DNA of 64,000 nt from NCBI RefSeq assembly GCF_006345805.1, contig NC_042999.1, forward strand, positions 33,480,001 to 33,544,000. The letters are read 5' to 3'. Numbering within the stretch: position 1 is the first letter of the stretch; each line of letters begins with the position of its first letter. This document shows, piece by piece, positions 53,239 to 64,000 of this stretch. The notes below the pieces were generated by a model that saw only the letters and a list, made by a program, of their open reading frames with translations, was not told where the DNA came from and made no database searches. A program made the translations under genes and the position numbers. Source of the DNA: Octopus sinensis. Its lineage: Eukaryota.

Positions 53239-54357
53239 TCAAACGTGTGTCGTAGCTGTTTTTTGAATTGTTAGCTTTGTTGCTATAGACAGGTTATTTT
53301 TTTGATCTGACAACCGCCTATATTCACTTTCATCAGGTTCCATAGTAATACGTCGACCGCCTAAACGATGACAAAATATCGTTCGGAAATGCTCACGAAA
53401 CACTTTGTTAAACAAACAGTAAAGTACAAAATTTAATGCAGCATTCACAGCTAAAAGTGTATCTGTGAATTCTCGAATACCTTTGACGAGTAGATTTTCG
53501 TCATAATAACCTAAGCCGAAGCATGCTGACATGATAGCGTCCGGTGTGATACAAACTACAAAAACAACAATAACCATTATTAGCATGAACGTGATTCTGT
53601 TTCTTGCTGAAAATCTTCGATTGGCTCGCGTTTTTCGAAGAGCGTTAATTATATAAGTATTAAGTACGATTAGCACCAAAAAGGGAATTACAGATCTTAG
53701 TAAATTTTGTATCCAATTGTAAGCTGTCTCGAAATTCTCGTTCATCCATAATTCAGTTACGTGTATGTCATAAACGGTTTTGTTTTGATTGTAATCAAAA
53801 CACGATACAGTTTTATATCTTATAGCTGACGGTATGGCAAGAATAGTCATGCATGTGTAAATAACAGCGCTGACAATAATTGCGATCCTTCGGGTACATA
53901 AGGTTTTAGCTTGTGCCGCATGACATACCATTAGATATCTCTCAGCTGCAACTGATACAATCAGCCACGACGAAACACAGGCTGCAAGGTTGAATATAAA
54001 ATGAGCGTACGGATAAATATAGCCAAATGCTGTTTTGCCTATTGTCGGATAGGATCGTGAAATAAGAAGAACTATAAAGTACATTAAATCATTCATCAAT
54101 TTAATCATGTCTGAAATTGCCAACGCACTTAGGAATGCATTTGTCGAGGTTCGCATCGTTTTTTGTGTCAGTACAATTATTGTTAGTGCATTGCCAATTA
54201 TTCCTGGAATGCAAAATATGGGATAAAGTATAAGACCAGTAATAAATTGCGATTGCGTATAAAATTCACTGTATTCTCTCTCTTCGGCTTCTTCTGTGGC
54301 AGTAGCATTCTGCAATGCGATTTGTGTACAGTTTGGTAGAATGGGATTGCTTGCCAT
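53239..54357 (-). CDS. Class A (rhodopsin-like) peptide GPCR, FMRFamide / sex-peptide / myosuppressin receptor-like; intronless CDS, 372 aa
   Basis: Seven hydrophobic segments. Motifs GN (TM1), LAISD (TM2), AAERYLMVC (TM3), F..C..P (TM6), NAALNFVLY (TM7, NFxLY form typical of this group), helix-8 FREHF. N-glycosylation sequons NCT and NAT. Confidence 0.93.
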   Translation of the reverse strand: MASNPILPNCTQIALQNATATEEAEEREYSEFYTQSQFITGLILYPIFCIPGIIGNALTIIVLTQKTMRTSTNAFLSALAISDMIKLMNDLMYFIVLLISRSYPTIGKTAFGYIYPYAHFIFNLAACVSSWLIVSVAAERYLMVCHAAQAKTLCTRRIAIIVSAVIYTCMTILAIPSAIRYKTVSCFDYNQNKTVYDIHVTELWMNENFETAYNWIQNLLRSVIPFLVLIVLNTYIINALRKTRANRRFSARNRITFMLIMVIVVFVVCITPDAIMSACFGLGYYDENLLVKGIREFTDTLLAVNAALNFVLYCLFNKVFREHFRTIFCHRLGGRRITMEPDESEYRRLSDQKNNLSIATKLTIQKTATTHV

Positions 54358-54587
54358 TTTTAATATTTCATATATATATATCTATGATTTCTGTATGTAT
54401 ACATATATACATATACATACATATATAGTCATATATATGTGTATATGTGCATATGTAGGTATATCTATATGTATATATATGAGTGTATGTGTGTGTGAGT
54501 GTGTGTGTTTGTGTCTGTGTCTGTTTGTATATTAACTTAATATTTTGGTGTTCTTATATAGCGGGATTACCATACATTCTGTGATTC

Positions 54588-54605
54588 CTGAAAAGAAAAA
54601 AAAAG
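54588..54605 (-). promoter_or_regulatory. 3' splice acceptor for the GPCR coding exon (exon starts 54587)
   Basis: Minus strand TTTTTTTTTTTCTTTTCAG|GAATC, 230 nt upstream of the ATG. Confidence 0.7.
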
Positions 54606-54764
54606 TAGTCGTCAGTCATATTTCACATAAAATCATAAACTGGAGATAACACAACCATAAAAATATAAGATGCTGAGAAGAACACAATTTAGTTTGTAAA
54701 AATTGCAAGCGATAGAAAAACGAAAGCAACACACAGACACATCCACGCACGTACGTGTGTGTGT

Positions 54765-54802
<38 letters not shown>

Positions 54803-55839
54803 TAAATTAAGAATTACAAGTATCACAAATAATGTGAACATTATCGGTTGCACATATATAATATATGTGTTTTGTTAATTCGCCTAATTTGCGGCGTGAT
54901 GACGCTAAGGGAAACTCTATAAAACAATTGAAAGTCTTAGACCAAGCGAGACAACTCGACTTTCATCGAACCAAGGGTGCTGGGTACTGATGCTTCACTG
55001 TGAGTTATCAATATCGTGTACTTGGATTGGACAGAAGACAAACTGAATGCTTAGTTTATGAATATATAGGAAGAGTGCAAAAATTATTTCGGGATGCGCT
55101 ACGTCAATGCACATGGGTAAGTAGATTAAATTAGAGAATGAAGTTGCGCTAGTAATGTAAATATTATTAATTGCACATACATAATATATGTGTTTTGTCT
55201 AATCACCAGATTTGCTGCGGGATATTGCTAAGGGAAACATTCTAATAGCGTTGGGTGCTAAAATACCTGCAAATCATAGACCAGGCAAGACCACTCGCCT
55301 CGGATCGAACCAAGTTTTTACATTATTTCTTTATATGCATAAACCAGGTATTTACTTCGTCTAAGGGTCGATCCAAGTACGTGGTCTTGATAAGCCTTAA
55401 TACTGGCGAAATATTAGGAGTTTCCTTAATCACTGCCCCGTACAAATTCGCGCGAATATACAAAACACAGAGATTATGCATTTGCGGTTGTTACTGTTTA
55501 CATTACTAGTGTCGCTTTTTAACTTGTAATATAACATATCTATCTCTCTCACTCTCTCTCTCTATATATATATATAAGAGAGTTTCTCTGTGTGAATGTG
55601 CTGTGGGGGTGTGGGGATGTCTGTCGAGTCGCACAATTTTGAGGTCATTTTCGGGCAACATTTTAATTTGCTTTTATTGATTAATTTTCGCCAACGTTTC
55701 ACGGATACGTAGATTTCTACTCAGACAAATATTTATGAAGATGTACACGTAAATATTGTATTAGCATAAGCCACAACCAAATAGATTACGTTAAAAGACT
55801 TATATTCTTCTATACGTAATGAAGAAATAGAGTCTCTCA

Positions 55840-55874
<35 letters not shown>

Positions 55875-57510
55875 TCAAATGCATATGCACACATACATTC
55901 CGAAAAAGATGTATGCACATGTATTTATGTACGTGTATATGACAGATAATGTTTGTATGAGACAGTCAGAGAAAGAAAGAGAAAGGGAGAGTGAATGAGT
56001 GCCACTTACACATACATGCAAAACATACATACCAAACAGCACGCACCTTCTCTCATTCACTCACTCACTCGCTCACTCATTCATTCTCTCCCTCACGCAC
56101 ACGCATACTTGCACACGCAAAAACGTCCATTTCCTATACACACATATCTATCATTCACTTCCTCCTATCTTTCCCTCTCGGTACTCACTTCAAAGCAAAT
56201 GTCCCCTTTTCACTTTCTCCTGTCTTTCAGTTTCTTCTGTCTTCAATGCATAAAGAAATAAAATAGTTTTACGGAAATTAACGAACAATCGTATGACCCA
56301 TATATTCGACCATATGATCGAGTTGACCACTTTCTGCTTCAAACGAAAGAATACCATAAAATACCTTCCTTTGATGCACACACACACACACACTCTACCT
56401 GTCTCTTTCATATATCTCTCGGTGTCTCTCCTCTCTCTCTCTCTCTTGGTAAAACTTTACAAATGATGTCATTCCTTGCTCTGTGCACGCGCAGTTTCAT
56501 CTCGAATCCAATTGAAATTACCTTTTCTCTATTCTATAATTTGTGTTTCTGATGAGCGTATTTAAAAACCAGATCGACGATATAAACTTAAAAGGAAGTC
56601 CGAGGTGACATTTGTGCCCCTTTTTTTTAACCAAATTTGTTCCGATTCCTATCTTTTGGAAACTGGAGATTAAGATTTCACCCTAAAAAGCATGTTTTCA
56701 ATACTTTGATTTTGTCTCATCCCACCCCAATTTCTTAATTTATTTTTACTTTTGCGAAAATCTTTTTTTTTTGTATTTTGGTAATTCACAGTGGAAAGGT
56801 CAGAGAGTACGAATCTTTAAGAATTTTTATTTTTTCCTTTAACAAATGCTAAAAGCTTCTCCCACACATCCACCCATCACCTCACCACTTTCAAAGGGCT
56901 ATAAACTTCCCAGTATTTCACTTTTAGCTTTTTGGAAAGCGGGGAAGTTTCTTAAAAAATAATGTCGTTTACCTGATGCTTGAAGCATTTCGGGTTTTCT
57001 GGTGGTGATCTGGTATTTTTTACATCTGCTATTTCAGTACAATTCTATGCATGCCTGAAACATCAGACGAAAGCGAAACATTGGGTGTTTTTAGCTTTTT
57101 GAAAGCGGGAAGGTGTTGGGTGGTCGAGAGGTGGGGGAAGAGGTATTGTGTGTTTCTTTAAGAAAAATTAAATTTAAAAAAATATATTTACCAGATTCGT
57201 GATCTCTGTATTTTTCTTTGTGGATAAAAAGAAAAAAATTCGAAAACTTAAGAAATTGCGTTGGGCACGGGGGAAATAAAATTTTTGAAAATGTGATTTT
57301 GGGGCAAAATCGTACACGATGAATCAATTTATAGTTTGAGATCCTTCTGAAGAACAGAAAACATGTTCATGCAAACCTATGCAAATTGTATTCTGCCCCT
57401 TCACTTTTATACAAACAATAACTTCCATTACGCCAGAAATTCAGTTCGCTGTATATCAACTATGACGATTCTGGTCATAAGAAAGGAAACTATAATATAA
57501 TGTGGGTGTA

Positions 57511-57550
<40 letters not shown>

Positions 57551-57559
57551 TAATCCAAA

Positions 57560-57760
57560 CATGAAAACACAAAGACAAAAGACAAAAACGCGAGGACGTG
57601 GAACAAGTATAGTATTATTGGACGCTCAGGAAAGAAGGAAAGTTTAACGCTTCGAGCGGCGCTCTTCGTCAGAAACATACGAAAAGGAAAGATCCAGAGA
57701 AGGGAAGACGGAGGAAAAAAATCGCCAACGAAACACACGGGGTCACATTTTGAATGGCCG
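57560..57760 (-). mobile_element. PLE terminal repeat (third family) with degenerate C3-G8 hammerhead at 57642-57676
   Basis: Minus strand GUUU CUGACGA A GAGC-GCC-GCUC GAAG C G U U AAAC. Canonical core, stems pair, but GAAA>GAAG. Confidence 0.6.
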
Positions 57761-58515
57761 GAAGGGATATATATGCATATAACTTTGTTGATGCTTGTAT
57801 GAGAATGTCGACATGCGCCAGATGCTTCTGAACTAGTTGTTAAGTATCCTACTCGTGAGAGATTAATACTAGATGGGTCTAAACAATTGTAGTGATCAAT
57901 AAACATTCTCCTACCTTCCACCAGTCGTCTGTCATAACCAATTATGATCTTTTCTATATGGATGGTAGCGTCTCGATTAATTCAATGTCGACCGATTTCC
58001 TTACACCCAGCATATTGCGATGAACTACATCTACCAACATTATGATAGATCTTCGAGACTCTAGAAACAACTGTCGGATTATAATATGTTATTTCCTCCC
58101 CTTTAGTTTTCCCTGTTTTGTGTACTTGGTGTAAATTTGAACTATTAATATAAATATCTATATACTTATACTTAAATATTCATTGTCTGAAAATCTCCAG
58201 TCTTTGCTTTCTCTCATGCAGACGTATATACGTAGTTTGTGTATCAAACCCAAGCAGTTAAGTTTAATTTCTTCATCCGCATAATTGTTTATGTATACTT
58301 GCGTGATGTGTGTGAGTATGTTAATTAGAAATTTATTTCGAGATATCTGACATGTTCCACACTTGTGCACCTGTACAAACAATGCCAATTTTATCGAGGA
58401 AGTGAGTTTATGCATAGAACATGCATTTCATCACCATAAACAAATCATTTGTACTGGTCGCGTTCAGCACAAGCTAAATACTCATACGTTGTTTTTGACG
58501 GGAGAGTCCATCGTG

Positions 58516-58547
<32 letters not shown>

Positions 58548-59092
58548 TATACTCGAGCAAAACGCCCCTCGTCCAATGGACGAACCTGAGCTGGCAAACA
58601 TTTAAACAAAATTTTCTCAAAACAACTTGTTCGACAGTCACATAGGCCTCCCCTTTGAGACATACTCATTTAACCTAAATTTGAGACACCTGCAAAATAG
58701 GAAATAAAGATAGACTTTTTTTTCTATTCCAAAGGAAAGACTTTATTCACAAAATCATGCAACCGAAGAGTTTAAAGTACCAGTGATGATAAGGCTGTTG
58801 ACTGGGCGAATACAAACATCGTTTAAACAGTATGCTTGGCAGGAAAGAAACGTGCATTTAAGCAGTACAAAAACAGCAAAAAATGGAAGGAGCAGTTATG
58901 CTTAGGTTGACGGAAGATAAGCAGGACAAAAACAAATTTATCGATCGCATTCTCACATGGAATCGACTTTTGTAATTTTCCCAAGACCTATACACGCCCT
59001 GAGACTGTAGGTATCTACATATCAAGTTTGAGCGCAATCGGATGGAGGATGCCCAAGATCCTAGCAGACAGACACACACACAGAACATATTG

Positions 59093-59134
<42 letters not shown>

Positions 59135-59163
59135 TTGATAGATAGATAGATTGATATATATAT

Positions 59164-59270
<107 letters not shown>

Positions 59271-59333
59271 TTACGGAGATGTACTTGCATAGCAAGTGAC
59301 TTTATCTGAGATCGTGTGCTGGAACGAAAAGAG

Positions 59334-59499
59334 TTGCAGCGTGGAAGGTGTTTATAAGCCATAAAAGGAACACACAAAACTGTTAGATTCACTTCAGCAT
59401 TTAAATTTAATCTGTCAAAATATTTTCGTCGCTTTGAGACTGCGATCTAACGGTTTTGTGTGTTTCTTAAATGGCTTATAAACACCTTCCACGCTGCAA
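59334..59499. repeat. Fold-back hairpin: 55-bp inverted arms (59334-59388 / 59445-59499) around a 56-bp loop
   Basis: TTGCAGCGTGGAAGGTGTTTATAAGCCAT..GTTAGAT and its reverse complement, with a few mismatches. Confidence 0.9.
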
Positions 59500-59559
59500 T
59501 TGTCATATATAGATAGACATACTGATATTTAGATAGATAGAGAGATGGATAGATAGATT

Positions 59560-59592
<33 letters not shown>

Positions 59593-59616
59593 CTACATAC
59601 ATAGATAGAGACAGAC

Positions 59617-59678
<62 letters not shown>

Positions 59679-60361
59679 TAAGATAGATAGACATTGACAG
59701 ACAGATAGATAGATATTTTATATGTGTGTCTGCGTGTATGTGTGCGTGTGTGTACATTTGCACACATACACACACACATGGAATTACATAAGTAAAGGAT
59801 TAAATCACTGAATAGGTAGCGAACTGTGACCGAAGAACTTTGATTAACAAACCACTGATTGATTGTTAAATGAGCTCATTAAAGAAACGATCGATTTGTC
59901 AGCTGGTTAGATATTAAACCAATCGTCAGGCAATAAATGATTGGTAATGAACCAGTGCGTTTCTTCTTATTATTATTGGCGAAATAACTTCCCCAAAACA
60001 CAACAAAATTTGCTTGAACACATGAATTCACATGAAGATTCTTGCAAACCAATTTCAAAAATTTATAACTTTCCACCTCTAGACTGGAAGTTATATCAAA
60101 TTCCTTAAGAGAAATGAATAAATCTATGAAATTGCCATTTTAAACAAAATGTGTCGGCGGAAATTGGAAACAGACAAAACATCAATAAAGGCAATACACA
60201 TGTCTCCAATGTGAACATAAGTTGATGAAATTCCGCTAAGATGGACTTTGCCTTTCCTCCTTTTGTGGTCGATTAATTGAGCAATGGGATCGCTGTAATC
60301 GACTCGCTCGCATCTCTACAATTGCTGGCCTTGTGCTGAAATCTGAAACTAATATAGGTAA

Positions 60362-60600
60362 TCGTGGAGGCGCGTGACTTAGTGATTAGGGTGTCAGCAA
60401 CATGATGTTAACATTGTGTTTTCGATTCCTGGACCGAGCGATGCGTCGTGTTCTGGAGCAAAACACTTTATTTCACGTTGCTCCAGTCCACTCAGCTGGC
60501 AAAAAGTGAGTAACTCTGCGATAGACTGGCGTCCCATCCAGTTAGGGGACACATACGCCATAGAAACCGGGATACCGGGCCCGTAAGCCTGACTAGACTT
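60362..60600 (+). mobile_element. tRNA-derived SINE, family 3
   Basis: GGAGGCGCGTGACTTAGTGATTAGGG (A-box-like)..TTTCGATTCCTGG (B-box-like), then CTGCGATAGACTGGCGTCCCATCCAG. Confidence 0.75.
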
Positions 60601-62238
60601 TAAAAATGTCAATCCACAGCTAATAAATTTAACGAAGATGACATTCTAACTTTCATGTAATATTTTCGAAGATGTTTTTCTTTTTGCATAAAAGTTAAAA
60701 TTGCTATAAAAAATAACCGTGAAGCAGTTCCTATTGAGTGCGCCATTATAAATATTTCAGAAAATGAGAGATAACTGAGTTTCACAGATTTCATTTTCAG
60801 TTTTGATAAACACAGTAATTGTTGTCATTTTTTTCTATTTTTAACATGCTTTATTTTAGTAAGTTAGATTGCAAAAGAATCCCGTGAAATATTCACATTA
60901 TCAATATTTCTGACAATTTTTAGAATCCAAATATGAACGTTATTCAAATATAGTATCATAAAGAAGTTATTAAGAAACAATATATAATAGAATTGAGGAT
61001 GGATATAATTATCAACAACGTTAATCGTTGAAAGTTGAGAAGTCATATATCAGTTTCTCGATAGTCATAAAATTTTTATGAGTGATTATACTAAAGTTGC
61101 TAGATGAAATCTTATCGAATCAGGCTTAGCAAACATGCCAATAAAGTAATTGCTAAAGATAAATACATCATAGCCTTCCATCATAATAAATTTAAAAGGC
61201 ATAGAGCTATATTTTACGGCTATAATTAGATGGAATATGTTTGCGCCAGCAAAGAAAGACATGGATCGTAATACTGAACAGAAAGCATGTATTTCGCAAA
61301 ATTATATATTGATATGGATGTGCAAATGTTATGATTTATGTTCTGTAAATTAGTAAACGCATAAGCAGCACTTTTTCTTTCTTTCAGTGATACTGAATAA
61401 ATTAACTTACATTATTTATTATTGTGTAAAGCGAGCCGGTGTACTTTATATATACGTGTGTGTGTGTGCGTGTGTGTTTATGTTAAGAATTGTAATTGGC
61501 CAAATACATGTCTGAGTATATGGCGGTTCAATCTGCATGAATATATGTTGCCTACTACAAAAGCGGAAGTAGAGACGCTAATACCACTTTATATCCTGAT
61601 TAGACAATGGCAGTTTGGAGACATCGATAAAGAGGAAATTAAGAATTTTATTTTTCCAAAACGACAGCCAGGATCTTATACAGAAATACAAACAAAACAC
61701 ACCAGAAGGATTTAAGCTGGAATAGATTCATTGCTTTAATTTCCAAAACGCTGTGCTATATAAACTCATTATTATAACATCACAAACTCTGCAAATATTT
61801 CTGTTCTGATCTTAGTTTCATGCATTTCCCCCGAATAAATAACAGAAAGCATCTACAATATCTATAGAATAATAATTACGAAAATTCTAGGTTAACTTTT
61901 TACCAATTTTCAGTACCATTTTCCCAGTATTTCAAGTTTTTTTCCTCTATTGTCATTTACATTAGTTTAGGCGTTTTCATTACCCATATGAAATTAAATG
62001 AAATTGAAAAAAAATCATTGAACGCCTCAATGACATGCAACATGCTCTTTAAACACATCGGATTCACATATGATTAACTACATTAGGGAAACATTTCTTT
62101 TAACATTGTCGACAACATGTTTGGATTTCATTGGGCTTCAGTCTTCATGAAAAATCAAATTCTGAGCTGAAAGATTTTCTCAGGGATTTCATTAGATTAG
62201 ACGTGGATTGGACCCATATTTACCGAAACAAACTCTCT

Positions 62239-62750
<512 letters not shown>

Positions 62751-64000
62751 AGATTATTGTAGATAATATTTGTGTACATATATATACATACATATACTCA
62801 TAGCAATATGTGTTTGCAATTATATATATACATATGCGCACACTCACACACATACGTGTGTATGTGTGCATGTGTGCGTGTATGTGTGTGTGTGAAGATG
62901 TGTGTCAGCGTTTTTATGTATGTACGTATTAAGAACAATTTTTAATAACTTTTGTATAAAGTATAATTCAAAGAAGTGTCATGTTAAAATAATTTTATTA
63001 TAAGATATGTCTTCCACATATGTCATGTTGTTATATAAACGTGCATGCGACCTAAGGGGACGCTTATTCTTGATTATGGAACCTTTTCGTCTATCTTTGC
63101 TTTTAACTATATTTAACTTATATTTCTTTGATGCTGCGAGATTTTGCTTGTATAATCAGGTGACAGATTTATTACTCAGCTTTTGGTTTGGAAAATTTAT
63201 GTCAGAAGCACACCCAGTGATGTATTATTTCCTTGTTCGCGACTGAATTTTAAGACATAATACTTTTAAATCCATCGTTGGATATATATTTACTTCCGTA
63301 AGTATTAAGAATGAAATAGCTAGTTGAGTCGGGATTTTAGATGTGCATTTGACATTCTTTTCCTGATTGTATTATATTTTTTTACAAAGCGAATAATTTA
63401 TTCTGAACATGACTCGTGTTATGAAATATTGCTAACTGCTCCATAGAAATACGTGATAGTATTTCTGGAAATTTTCAAGTGATAATTGGAAAATATAATG
63501 TAATATGAAATTACAAAACCTATATCTAATGTGTCCCCTAAAAAGGTAAATTGTATGCAATACTAACAAATCAGAATGTGTGGCCAAATGTTTTGTGAAA
63601 TATCGAACATACATAAACCAAATACCTGTCACATAATGTAATGTGTTTTATTTTTGCATCAACTAATAGTGTATTATTTTCTTTTGACTGAATGTTTATA
63701 ATTAATTGTCACAGAATATTCTCTCGTTCACATTCACCGTAAGAAGCAACAGGCGAACAACTCACTACCAAATTATTTGTTCAACATGGTCCACCAACCT
63801 CCAATTGTAGCATTCGTACTTGCAACCACAGAGATTATCTTTCCCAAGTATTGATTTTACCTAACCACCTGTCAGTGTCTCTTTTCCTAATCAATGTGAT
63901 GTTTTTCAATATATTCCAAACAACTAACCCAATTATTGTGTGACAATTGGCTAGCAAATGGAAGCTGCACAATGATTTGTATGCGATGTTATTCTATATT

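Noticed and set aside
56570-57360. Weak internal direct and inverted similarities (TTTAGCTTTTTG.AAAGCGGG twice) suggesting an old MITE
   Set aside because: Termini and TSD could not be defined by eye.
59850-59910. AACCA-CUGAUUGA...GAAACGAUCG...UGGUU hammerhead-like string
   Set aside because: 8-nt core, loopless stem II, wrong register at U16.1 and displaced stem I; no PLE context.

Overview
AT-rich, microsatellite-dense eukaryotic DNA. The SINE, Penelope and Dong repeat repertoire looks like an Octopus genome; this is my recognition and was not searched. Only one intact host gene is supportable: a single-exon class A peptide GPCR of the FMRFamide/sex-peptide-receptor-like group (53239-54357, minus strand), preceded by a strong splice acceptor. 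The rest is mostly transposon-derived. (1) A ~2.9 kb head-to-head palindrome of a Neptune-type Penelope-like element (PLE) with a GIY-YIG endonuclease (13755-16670). (2) A ~16 kb co-oriented pile-up (25.8-42 kb) of R4-clade Dong/Rex6-like LINEs: seven coding fragments including one near full-length copy, four 3'-end stubs, and five copies of a non-coding ~500 bp partner element, mostly abutting (TAA)n tracts. (3) At least three tRNA-derived SINE families, a fold-back mariner and a MULE remnant. The most notable signal is a set of minimal type-I hammerhead-ribozyme folds in several PLE termini. Their catalytic 3-8 pair covaries (C-G, U-A, A-U), and one family carries an A6U core change. No rRNA, true tRNA or CRISPR was seen. 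All alignments and folds were done by eye, so repeat boundaries are approximate.
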